Source: Elusimicrobiota bacterium (GTDB lineage: Bacteria > CG03 > SLGR01 > JBDRKX01). From it: DNA of 41,175 bases. Position 1 is the first letter of the stretch. The number at the start of each line of letters is the position of its first letter. The stretch is from NCBI GenBank assembly GCA_043813605.1, contig JBDRKX010000043.1:1-41175 (forward strand), read 5' to 3'. Below, one piece after another: positions 1 to 13,000 of the stretch. Below the pieces are notes generated by a model that was not told the origin of the DNA, did not search any database, and worked only from the letters and a program-made list of their open reading frames with translations. Both the position numbers and the translations under genes were made by a program.

Positions 1-3000
1 TAACGAAGATTCCAGATCTTCGCGGCCTTCGCCCGTCACGTAGGATATCACGTCCAGTAACGAGCCCGACATCCTCAATACGCTCCCTTCCGCCGTGTCC
101 TCAAGCGAAGATAACCCGTGCTGTTTAAGCCCGCTGTCAAGATCCGCAAGAAGATCTGCAGGCAATGCGGATAACCCTTCTTTCAACTGCGTGCGTAAAC
201 CCTGGCTTAAGAGATATTTCAGTTTTTGAGCACGTTTCTTTTCCAGTAAACCAGACGCGGCTTTTCTTACCTCCAGGGTTATATCAGAAGAAAGATGTGC
301 CAGTATATCATGGTCTTCGCGGGCTAATTCTTTTTTAGTCTCTATTATTTCGATTATCTCTGTTTTGGGATTTTCCAGATCGATCTTACAGATATCTTTC
401 ATCATCAAACCGGCCCTGTCAGCTACCTGTTTATCGGAATTTCTGCTAAGTATTGACAGCAGTTTAAAATCTTCGTAATCAAGGTAATAATCATGCTCTT
501 TGTAAAGCAGTTTTTCCAACAGATCAAGAAGGCCGGTACCCATGCCTTCAATAATATTATTAAACATGTGTTGCGGGTATTTTCCCGATGCCAGATCTAT
601 GATCAATCTGGGTACAACCGCTCTTTTTACATTTGAATAGTGATGCCTGTTGGGAATTCCTCTTGCTATAAGTACCTCGAGCGCCTTTTTCTGTACAGCA
701 TAATCATCTATCAGCAGGAAATAAGAGAGTAGCTCAGTAACGCCTTCAGCTTCGGTCATTTCGGGTACCTGTCCCATATACGGCTCTTCGGCAAGATACT
801 CTATACCTTCCGCTATTTCTTTTGTAGACATCTTTTCTTTCAGCCCTGTTATTATCTCTTTTAACCTGGCTTTTTCCTGATTTGGATAACCGTCTTCTGA
901 GAGAATACCTAACAGTTTAATGTCCCTCGGGGTCCAATTGCCGGATCTTTCAAGATAATCCAGTATTTTCAGTACATGATGACTGAATATATATTTCATC
1001 GGGGCTATCCTGCTACAGAATTCGATATCGGGATTTTTTCTGGTTCTGAATGTTATATAACCGTTCGTTTTATATCTGAATATCTCTATTATCCTGTCTA
1101 CAACTGTATCCCTGATAGACCCACCCTCTTTTACAATGGTATCTAGCACGAACCGCTGGGCATCGGGGTCGCTTGTCATCAAGAATAGCGGCAAATACTC
1201 AGGCATACCCCGATCGATAAAAGCTCTGACAACGACTTTTACAGCTTCCAGATTAAGCCCCATAGAGCTATATTGTCCACTGCCACCCTTTAAACCGACA
1301 CGGAGAGGTTCGTTCAAAACCCTGAAAGCTTCCAGGATATCGGTTTCATTCCTGAGCTCGCCGTCTACAAGTACTTCTGCAACCAGTCTCCCCAGTTGAC
1401 GGATCTTCTCCTGTTTTTCATTATCAATTTTTGAAGAAGACAATTTGACAGCGTCCCAGTGGAATACCCTTTTCTGGATTATATAATCGACTTTTTTGAA
1501 CGTATGGTTAAGGAGTACCTGATTGAGTTCTTGTTCTTCTATTATAGCGCTCGCAAGTGCCTGCCTGACTCCGGGCGCCCGGCTGTTCTTCTTAAGTATC
1601 CGGGCGGCCTTTAACTGCACACCGATATCGTCATTCGCAAGAAATCCTACGGCTTTTTCCGGACAACCGACGCTTTCGATCAGCCAGAGCGCTTCCATGG
1701 CAGCTTCCGGATGGGCGTATTTATATGCTGCCAGAAGTTCGGTCAGTTCAGGCTGATCCGCCAGATCTTCTTCTTCGCCGATAAATCTTACTGTCTTAAT
1801 TGCATAGACCGGATTATAGGCCGCAGCCAATTCGCCAAGTACTGAATAGCGCACAAAAAGATTCCTGTTCTTGTCTCCTCCAAGTATCAGTTGAGCAAGA
1901 CTGCGCCGGCCGGCGTTACCGTATCCGAGTATACGCTCGAATATCTGATCGCGAAGTCTTACATCGTCAAGAAGCATAAAATTGCTTTCCAGACGCGCAC
2001 GGTCTTCTATCTCGATCTTCGATATCATATCCATCAGTTTGGGAATAAGCCTTCTGTTTATCAGCGTGACATTCTCTTTGGGATCAGGCCGTTTTGACTT
2101 ATCCGAAGGCCCGTCGAATGATGCTCTGCCAAGCTGCGTTTCTCCTGAAAGCATAGTTTCCAGGTGGTCTGCCACTTTTTTCTTTTCGTCCGGCCCGTGT
2201 GCCCTCAAATATTTTTCATAATAGGCAGAGAAAATAAACGCCTGGTATTCAGGATTCTCTTTCGTTATCCACAGAACCGGTCCCTGGAGACCCGCGAGCC
2301 TGGGGTCTGTCTGCATAACCAGTGACATGCTGAAGATCATCATTACCTGCAGATCATGTTCATACGCAGCCAATGCGCGGCTTATTATCTTTTCTCTTTT
2401 CTTATACTCATCTTCGGAATTTTTCCAGACACCAAGTACATTTTGAGCATCACCGCCGCGTATGCCGAGTTCAGCAAGTTTCTCCCAGTCAAGCTTGTGC
2501 GTGTTCCATCTGACATATCCATCATTTTCCGGATCATCCGCTATCAAACGGCGGCCTCTAAGGATCTCAAGCTGATTTTCACTGAAAACGCTTTTTTCTA
2601 CCCTGCGTGTCGCTATATCCGCCAATGCGTCGCAGGCATATTTAATGACTCCTTCGTCGGCATGTTTCAATGCGCCTATAATGCTCTTGACAGCGTTAAG
2701 GCTGTCTATATCTTCAGAATCTGCAGTATCTGCAGTATCTGTGATGATACTTTTTGCCGAATTGATGGCTTTGCTGTATAGATACGCGGAATTAGGCGCT
2801 TTGAGGTTATTCTCAATAAAATTATTTATTACCCATATCCGCCCGCTGCCTTTCTTTTCCAGCGCCTCTATTACGCTTTCAATAAATTTTTCCGGTTTAG
2901 ATGTTATAAACATCCCATTTTCCAGGAAAGCCAGCAGGAAGTTCCTTGCTTTCGGATCCGGCGAGTTGGCAAGTATCTCCACAGCTTCAAACCACCTGGC

Positions 3001-4050
3001 GTCATATAACGGGTCCCTCCAGTGAAACAGTACTGGTATAACATTTTCAATAATAGCGGGATCCGAGCATTTTTCATCGATTATCTTGGCGTGTCTTCCG
3101 AAAAACCTGCTGTAATCCTCCATTACGATCTCCGGTTTAAGGCTATTGTGATAGAGGAAGTACTTGTATGCGGATATTCCCCCGACACTCAAAGACAGCA
3201 GCATGAACATGCTTATAAAAACGGGTACTATTGACTTTTTAATAGAGAATTTAGTCTTTTCTTCTGCTGAAAAATCATATTCCTCCGCCAGCTTATCAAA
3301 GGCCGCTTCCCTGACGTCTCTATCTTTATGTTTTTTCAGGTCATTGAGTATCAGGCGCGCCGATGCATCGCTTTCAGACGGGTACCACAATTCAAGCAGT
3401 TTTGTTATCACATCAGGGTCATTGAGCCAGCTGATACCGTATCTCTTCTCTTTTAAAAGCAGGTGTTTTATAACGTCACCCCATATATACTGCTGCATAC
3501 CGTAACCTATCCTTAGCACAGATTCTTCTATAACGTCTTTTATATCGGCGTTATTATTATAGAGGTAAACGGTAATGACCTTTTCCACCCACAGGGGTTC
3601 CTTCTCTTTTATCAGCATCTTAATTTCTTTTTTCTTATCAGGACCCTTCATCTTCTTCCAGCGCGTGAGAAAATCTTCCAATCCTTCTTTTCCCTCGCTC
3701 CCCTTAATATCAGCCAGTCTTAATTCCCTTCTCGGGATCAACTCAAGTGATTTTGCGCTGTCCTTTCTAAAATCGAGGTACATCTGTTCCAGGTCTTTTT
3801 CTATCCGTTTCTGGGTAAGATTAAAGAACCTGCTCAGCATTTTTACAAAAGCCGCGAAAATATGTTTATGCAAAACAAACTCCGTAAAAAGTATTCCGGC
3901 AAAAATCACCACAACCGATATCCAGGGCAGCAGGTTTACCCATGTATGCACCGGCATCTCAGCGACCTGCGGCATAAAACCAATCGCTTCGGAAGGAACT
4001 GCCGCGCCTAAGATCCCGGCAGCGGCCAGGATAAAGAAAGAGATCGTTTT
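1..4050 (-). other. TM hairpin (about 3860-4050) followed by an uncharacterised alpha-helical / HEAT-like region running off the window
   Basis: [16 protein letters not shown] and [16 protein letters not shown]; then HEAT-like motifs such as [11 protein letters not shown] and [17 protein letters not shown]. Confidence 0.5.
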
Positions 4051-7000
4051 TGAACTGGAAAGAAAAGAAGGTTTCCTGAATCCGGATAAAAATCTATTTA
4101 TTAATCCTTTTTTCTTTTTCTGTTGTGTATCGCTTTCTGAACCATCTCCCTTTTCCCTGATAAAACCAAGATTCCTTATAAGCAGGTTAAAAAGAAATAC
4201 TGCCAGGGCGGGTAACAGAAAATACCGGCTGAGATCTTTATTATAGAGTATAGATCCTTTCCCGCCGATCTCTTTTTTCCGGCCGGCATATTTTTTAAGC
4301 AGGTCTGCCGCCCGGCCTTCACGGGCGTGTATGTATCCTCCGCCGGATCTTTTGGCTATCTGCTTAAGGATTCCCGGCCGCGGTGTTGAAACAGCGGGTA
4401 CCTGATACTGGTCATTTATATACCCGGTGATATTCCCTTCGCTGTCCCGGATTGGCATCTTCGAAGGTTCCGTACCCAAGCCCACTGTAAGGATCTTTAT
4501 ATTGTTCCTGTTAGCTTCTTCTATGGCTTTACTCAACCGGGAAGAGATCGAAGCACCGGCGCCCGGAATACTCGTATCCTCTCCATCACTTATTATCAGC
4601 ATATATTTCGGGTCTTCCGGCGATACGCCGCTGGCATTTTTAAACCGCTCAATACCTTCGTATATAGCTTCTGCGATATCCGATCTTTCAAAATACATGG
4701 ACATCTCTTTCTTCAGCCTGTTTTGAAGAGTAAGTATACCCATCATCTCTTCCGGCCGGTGCTGGAGTATCTTGAGCTTGTATTTAAGGTCCCTGTAATC
4801 GCTTGAGAGCGGAGATACCTGCCTGGCTGTGCCTGCATAAACGATAAGCCCGAGCCTGTTACTGCCTTCTGATGTCTCGACAAGATCCATTACCTGGCGC
4901 ACACCCTCTACCAGCCGCGTCTCGACTTCTTCTTTATTTTTTTCCTCTGAATAGACTACGCTATGCGTTGTATCAAAAAGGATATAAGTACTTGAACTTC
5001 CGAAAGGAGCCCGTTCGACACCGCCTCTCGGCAGGGCCAGGGCAAATATTAAAAAGGCCCCGAGCAGCACCTCGCAGGCGGTCTTTATAATAAACCGTTT
5101 GAATCCGGGCCAGTTTCTCAGCCTGTCGGGGACCATTCCCGGAGCCCATTTTTTCGCTGCCCGGTATGCTTTCTTTGCGGCAATGACCATCATCGTGATC
5201 GCAAACGGGATCACCGCCGGAAGCAGGTAAAGTATTTTCGGATTGGCAAAACTGAATAATGAACCGCTTGCAGTATTGGAATCCGCCGCATGAGCTACGC
5301 TTCCTAATATCGCAGAAACAACATCGGGAGGGGCATTTGCCAAGGCCATATCAAAGCCCAGTAATGCCTGTAACAGTACTGCGCCGCCGGCCATAAGGAA
5401 CACTGCCCATACACCTTCTCCCATCCTGCTGAACCCGGGAAGCTGTTTTTTTGTTTTCTGGATCTTTGAGAGCTCGTCAAGATCCATCGGTTTACCTGTT
5501 TTTTCTTTGTCTTCCAGTTTTTTAGGAGGCGACTTTTGTTTTTTATTATCCTGTTTCTTTTTATCGTCTTTCTGTTTTTTCTTACCTTCCTGCTTTTTCT
5601 TTTTATCCTGTTTCTGCTTCCTGTTGCCGTCACGGTCCTTACTGGCTTCCATTCGGCGCTTGATCACTTCCAGGTTCCATAAGGCGTCTTCATTATCCGG
5701 GTTTATTTCCAGTGCGCCGGAAAAGAGCGTTATTGCCTGCATATATTTTTTAAAACCGACATTGATGTTCCCCTGGTTGTAATAGGAAAAAGAGACCAGT
5801 TCGATCAGGTGTTTCATCTTCTCGAGTTTACCGAGTTCATCCCTGCTCAATTCAAGCCCGGTCGTCCATTTCTGTCTTATTTTCCCTCCAGGATCATACG
5901 CTTCAATCTGATGATTGCCGTTCTCGATCACACGCCGGAATATATCCAGAGCTTTGTTTAATTCGCCGACAGCTGCATAAGCGCAGGCTTCGTTCATCGC
6001 CGGTTCAAGCAGGTCAGGATGGTTTTCTTTTGCCTGGCCGTAGATCTTCAGCGCTTTAACAAACCATTTAAAAGCATCCTGTTTAGCGCCGTTCCTGGAA
6101 GCGCGTATTCCCTCTTTGAAGAACTCGTTGCCTTCTTCCAGCTCTTTGACGCCTTCTAAAAGACGGAATTCCCTTATATGTGATCCTTCTGTCTGTTCTG
6201 CCTTATTTTCAATGGCAGGTTTTTCTTCCTGAGCCTGTATTTTCATGGAGGTTTCTTCAGCCGCTACAGCTTCACCCAGCCGGCCGGTATTTCCCGATAA
6301 GAACATGCTGAACGCAATAAGAAGGACAAAAAGAGAACGCAAACTGCTGTTTAAAAGTATCATCCTCAGGCCGAAAGTACCGAGACCGAGCAGGGCAAAC
6401 AGCCATGTTATATCATTGCGTATTACCTGCTGGGTAGGTACAAGTTTTTTCTGCAGTTCTGATATTTCTTTAAAAGCTTTTTCCATCTCTGAGGCATCAT
6501 TAGAATAAAAGAATTTTCCGCCGGTCATTCCGGCTATCTCGGTCATTGTTTCTTCGTCAAACCCCTGTGTCCTGCCGCCTGCTTCCGCAAAACCGGCTGC
6601 TATCGGGTAGACCTTAACTCCAAGCGTCTTTGCAAGCTCGGCTACATCCATGGGATGCCTTCCCTCAGTATTATCCCCGTCGGTTATTATTATTATCGCC
6701 TGTCCCCTGACTTTATTGAGTATATCCTCAAATATCACCGGCTGTGATTTGAGTATTTTAAGGACTTCTTCCATGCCGTCCGCACTGAATATCTTTTCTT
6801 TTGTTTCATCGTCCAGCTTTTCATTGTCCAGGACAGCTATTTCCAAAAGATGGTAAAGCGCATTGGCAAAACTTTCTCCGACTGCTGTACCCAGATCCTT
6901 CACCTCCGGCATCTTTATCATGTCCAATATGCCGTCGTAATCGCTTGTAAGGCGCATGTTTACCCAGGTAAAACGGCCCATCCTCACAAGTCCGATCCTG

Positions 7001-10000
7001 TTGTCTGTGTCTCTCTGGCTATTGATATATTTCGCGGCTGCTTCCATTATGATATCGAACCGGCTGTATTCCTGTGATCTGCCTGCTGACATATCCATTA
7101 CGCTGCTGGATGTATCGTAGACAATAACAGAATCTACAACCGGTATATGATTAATGGGTTTCCTGACACCGAACTTCGGCCCGGACAAAGCCAGCACTAT
7201 TAAACTAGCCATAACAAAACTAAGTATCCCCGACATGAACCGCTGTATTGGTTTTACGCTCTTATGCCGCGGGAAAAGTTTGCCCGTAGAAAATGAGAAC
7301 ACATTTTTCTTCCTGAAAAGCCTCAACCCGAAAACAGCCGCTATGGCCGCAACCCCGCCCCACAGGTAGACCGGATCGGTAAAAGTCAGGCTGGTACTGG
7401 CAGACCCTTCTCCTCCTGCCGCGATCAGGTTCCCGGCAAAAATGAGGTTTATCAGGAGAGCAAAAACCGTGGAAAAGACCCTGGATCTTTTCAGGAAAGT
7501 TTTTCCTGATGGATTTTTCCGGTTATTTATCTCCCTCAGATCTTTAATAAGTGTTTCTGTTCTTTCGAGGTCTTCTTCCATTTCTCCCGCAGGCAGCGTT
7601 ACTCCTGCAAACCTTACAAGATCGCTCTTTGTCATCAGGTTCCTGATAAACGCCCGCTCTTCATTACTCAGCATGGAAAGATCATTTATCTCTTCCATAA
7701 ATTTCTGTGAATCCCGCTGGTATCTCTTTTTACCAAAACGGTCTATGATAAACACCTTTAACGTCTCGGCCAGTATGCCGTAGAACTCGTTCTGCGTAAT
7801 GCCATTGCTTTCTAGCTTTTCCCTCAGGCTGGATGTTCTGGCAAGCGCCGTTGCCGCGGGGTTTTTCATAAAAATATCGGAAGTATTTACCCGGCGGCGC
7901 CTGATCAGACGCATTATTATAAACCCCAACCCGAACGCGGCCAGAAGAGCTGCTATCGCTTTCCCCAGGGGTTCCAGGTGCGGGATGATCCTGCTGAAAC
8001 TCTTTTTTATCCCTCTTAAAGTCAGTTTAGACGGCTCTACATTCCCGGGTGTGATCGCTTCTATATTTACTTCAGGCATCTCTACCTGTGAGATTATTTC
8101 CTTGTCCGTACCGGGAAGGAACATGCGGATCGAAACAGGCGGAATTTTAGTCTTACCGAAATCGGCTTTTTCGCTGGCTTTAAGCGTATAGCGGAGTTTG
8201 ACTTCCTCTTCACCCACATAAGATTTTTTCTGGCCCTCGACATCCAGGATATCAATGCCTTTACCCAGCGAACCATATACAGGTTCTATGCTCATCTCGT
8301 AATCCTTCAACGGTTTCCGGATCACTACTTCTACAACAAATTTGCCGGCCAGCCGGAGGTTTTGTTCTCCAAGCTTTTTGGAACTTGACTCCGGCGCCGG
8401 GAGGACTTCATATTCCCCTATGTAGCGCGGTTTCTTTCCGAGCTCATAATAATCCAGCGCTTGACGGGAGATCTCATCCTGAACGATATCCTGGCCGATG
8501 ATATCATTATATTGTTTCTGCAATTTCCGGGCAGCCTGAAAGATCTCGTCAAACGTGGCATGCCCGTTTATGTTTTCATTCTCAGCAAGTTTCCTTAATC
8601 TATCGCTCAATTCGTCCTGGATGAGCCCTGTCAGCCTGTCATCAGGTTTTTTACCTGTGCGCGAAGCTATTTTTTTGATTATTTTATCTCTTTTGGCCCA
8701 GTTTTCCCCGTTCATAAAAAGCCCTACCGCCTGCGCAACAAGCGCCGCTTTTTCCGGCAGAACGCCGCGTATAAAAAGAGACATGAATATTTCACCGGAG
8801 CCCTGGTATCCCACAGGAGAAGATATTTTACTGCTTACCAATCCCATTAATGCCAGGCCCATATGATAAGTCTGGAGCCACTGTAATTGCTCTCCAAATG
8901 GCGTAAACCACGGCACATATTCATTCCAGGTGTCCACCCTGAGTTTCTCAATGACTTTCTCCCACGGCCAATCTTTTATCTCATCGTACGACAGGTAATC
9001 CTCTCCCCAGATATCGATAACGGCTTCACGCATTATCTTTGTTTTATTCTTTTCAGCCGCTATTATCCCTTTAACAAAATTCACTACAATCATCTGATGA
9101 GAGCCGGAAAAATTCTTACTTGCATGGGGTTCCAGCTCACTCATCAGTGATCCTGCTGCCGAATTTATCAGTTCCTCTTCATCTTTATCCGGCGATGTTT
9201 TTATCTCGTCCAGGATATTCTTTACAAGTCCGATCATGTTCCTTCTGTTACCCGAAATAACCCTGTTTAACAGGTCCAGGTACGGCCTGCCGGAAGCTCC
9301 CAGAAGATAGAAATCCCCGATATCCGCTCCTATTGCCGTCATAAATCTTATATAATGCATGCCTTCATGCGGAATAACGAATTCGATGAAGAGCGCAAGA
9401 TCTGCCGGACTTTCAAGTAATTCGCTCGGTAAATATATACTGCCTCTTTCCGGACCTTCGGGGGTTACGAAAGCCACTACTCCAGGCTGGGACATACCCT
9501 CAAGCACTTTACGGGGCATCATTTTAACATTGTATGTCGCCTGCCTGTTCCAGCGGTCACGTTCTTCGGCTGTACCTTTGTTCAACTGATCGAGATGCGC
9601 ACGGTTGCGGATCCTGAAAATGAGCTTACCGAGCCAGATCCGGGCTACCTCCGACATCTCGATATCTTCCTTGTTTGCTTTCGCTTTTTCGTATACGGGA
9701 ATAACGTTCTTCTGAAGCCAGGCTGTCCAGAACTGCGGCGAATAATCTCTTCCTTCGTCCAACTGCTTTTCAAGCGCCTGAAGGTCTTCAATGGCATCGC
9801 GCCATAACCCGAGCTCTTTCCGCAGGTAAGGCGCAAGTGAGGTAAACTCGTGTTTTCTTATTTTATTGTTGCCCGGGGCAGTCAGTTCTTCAAGCTGCCC
9901 GAGGTCAAGCCGGCCGTCACCTAAAAGACCTTCTATAAAATACTTCAGCGCACCTTGTTCTGTGAGCAGTTTCTCCGGTTGTTCAGCAGCTTCAATGATA

Positions 10001-13000
10001 TCTTCTTCAGTCAGCCCGCCCTCTTTCAGCTTTTCCATGAATTTTTTGCTGCTTTTCCCTTCTTCTGAAACCAGTTTATCGATCATGGGGTGCGAGACAC
10101 TCGTGTAAATATCTTTATTATTTTCAACAATGCCCAGCGAGACGAGTCTCCCGAACATGAGTGCGGTATTTATCTCAAGGTCGTATGCATACTGGTCTTC
10201 ATTGTCTTTAACCGGGCTCACGCTCATCATGATCCTGTCTGCGCTTACATGTTCTGCAAGTAATTTTACTGTTTCCGGAGAAAAGTCAGCGGCAGAGACA
10301 TTCCCGATCTTTGTCAGGTTCATCAGGGCAGCGAGCAGGAACATATGGGTCCGCTGCGTCGATTTCTGGTCATAAGTATTGGCTTTGAGCATCTCTTCAA
10401 TGAACCCTATTGCTCCTTTCTGGTACGAAAGTGCGGTTATTATAGCATGCAGGTTTGTATCCCTTATGGCTTTATAGCCGCTCTCGATCAGGAAGTCTAC
10501 CTGTTGATCAGTAAGGCATCTACTCGTCATGAGCGTCTGGGCAGCCGCCATTACTATTTGCTCTGTCTCCCCTTTACCGAGCGATTCACTTGTAACTATA
10601 TCTACCAGGAATTCATTTACAGTCCCGTTATCAATGTATTTAAACACATTGATCAGGAGAATCACTTCATCGAAAAAAGTACTGTCCCCTTTACCTATCT
10701 TTGGTATCTGTTCATTTATGAACTGGATTATTCTCTCTGTTGAGTTACTGTCAAAGAATTTATCCACCCCTCCAGCCAGCTTCAGTCCGCCTACAAGATG
10801 GGCTATCCCGTTAACCGCGGAGCCGACGATTTCCGTATCAGGTTCTTCCTGCATGTATTTAGTCAGGAGATCAATAGAGGATTTTGAATGCAGCCGCGCA
10901 AGCGCCGCGACCAGAGAATTCTTTTCTTTTGCGGACAATGTTCTTCTCTTTTGAAACTCTTTATACAGCTTTGATAATTCATTCTTTTTTTGTTCATCCA
11001 GCAACGATGAGCTCAGCCGGTCTTTGAAATCCGATTTAAACACCAGGTACTCTCCGGCCGGATTTATAAAGAATTTTTCCATGAATTCACTATTGCCGTT
11101 TACTGTATCTGCCGCTTCTTTTTTTAGTACCGCACCTGAAAGATGGGCGTATATCTCTTTTATAAGAGCCTCTTTCTGCCTGCTGTCTACGCTCCTGTCA
11201 AAGATCTCGGCATACGTGATACGGTGATGGACAGGGACACTCTCCTTAAGGATCATCTCTACATGGTAATCGACACTTTTCTGATCCAGCAGGAAAGCTT
11301 CTGCCGGCGGGCTTATCAGTTGTGCGAACGGGAATAACACAAGATGAAGCGATATAAATGCGGCGACAAGTACCTTTACAAACCTTTTTCTGATGGCTAT
11401 CCTTCTTAAAGACTGAGAGAAACCGTTCCCTATGCTCTTTAGTTTACCGGAAAGGACAACTGCAAGTTCTTTAAGTTCATTACCTATACGCCGGACTTCT
11501 CCTTTTACGGATTCCCCGGCGCGTGTAGTCTTGTTGAGGTAAGCTATGTGTGCCGTTACTGAAAGAATAAATCCGGCTATTAATGCCGGCGGCACGGGAA
11601 ATACTATTGATGCCGGCAGTATTAAAGGAACAAGGATCAAAGATAATATGGAGAGAGCGCTCATCAGAGAAGCTATACCCAGGAGAGAAGATCTCGCATG
11701 AAGGTGTTTCAGAGGATTCCAGCCCAGGTGTTCCGGAGGCGCGTTTATATCGTAATAGACCTTATAATGCAGAAAACTGAATGCCAGGGACGCAAAGATA
11801 CCTGTTCCGGTAAGTATAGCGCCCGGATCGATACCTGTCGCCATATTAAGCAGATAGGATAATCCTCCTATCAGGCCGCCGCTGAATACCGCTGTTTCTG
11901 CAATCGTTAACAGCCTGCTGAATTTTTTCACCCATCTTTGCGGCCAGAACGGCAGTATAGCCTGCGCAGAACCGTAGAATCCTTCCAGTTCCCTCTTCAG
12001 TACCTCACGGAAAGCGCGCGGAAGCTGTTCAAGATCCTTTACCTGCACGTAGTTATCGTACGTTTTAGCGACATGGGTAATACCCGGGCCTATGCCTACT
12101 CCTATAACCTTAACTCCAAGCTTCCGGGCTCTCTTAAGAACATCAGACATATTGCCGGGTCCGTTTTCCTCACCGTCAGTGAGCACAATAATGACATTCT
12201 TATCTCCGCCAAAACGTTCGATATCGTCAAGTGCCGCATTAACAGCCTTTACACCGTGCGTAGTCCCGGCCTCTCCGATTGTTGACGCGATCTCTTCCAG
12301 GAGTTCATTCTTCTGCACAATGGTATCCGTCATAGTACGCACACCCCTTATTACCTGGTTCTTGAATCCTTTATGCAGGTACGTTTCGGTACCGAATCCG
12401 CGGATATTGAAATCTATGTTCAGATTAGCAAGTATATCTACAAATCCCCTTACTGCCCTGAGGGCATAGGCATTCCTTGCTTCCGTCTGCATGCTGCCGC
12501 TTTCATCAACAACAAGCGCAAATTTGGTCGCGCGTTTTGTCGGTATTATCTTGCTCATCCACCAGCGCATATTATAAAACCCCGCTGCCGCTGATTCCAT
12601 GAACCTGTTCCAGTCCACTTCCTTTCCGCGGGACTGCCCGGTCAGCCATTTAGGCTTGGAATCTTCCCATATAAGGTTTGCCATCTCGCCGCTGAGTGAA
12701 TTGACCCACCTGTTATCCTCGTATGCCAGTTTCTGATAAAGATTCTGCTGTTCTTTTATCTTTTTTTCCTTTTCCATGAAACGCTTAAGTTTTTCCTTAG
12801 CGCTCATCTGGGTATCCGAAGGAGAACCATCGCTGTCTCCATCTCCGTCTGATGCTTCACCCTCAGCCTGTTCAGCACTCTGGGACTGCTGCTGTTCGTC
12901 ACCTTTCTCGCCTTTGTTCTTTTCTGTGCTCTTTTGCGCCTGTTCGTCGAGTTTATCAAGCGCTTCCTGCATCTTCTGCATGTCATCTTCATCTGCGCCT

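Noticed and set aside
2719..2741. Short tandem repeat (atctgcagt x2.5), plus similar low-complexity runs near 40810-40870 and 5520-5620
   Set aside because: These are in-frame coding linkers with no spacer structure, so not CRISPR or regulatory repeats.
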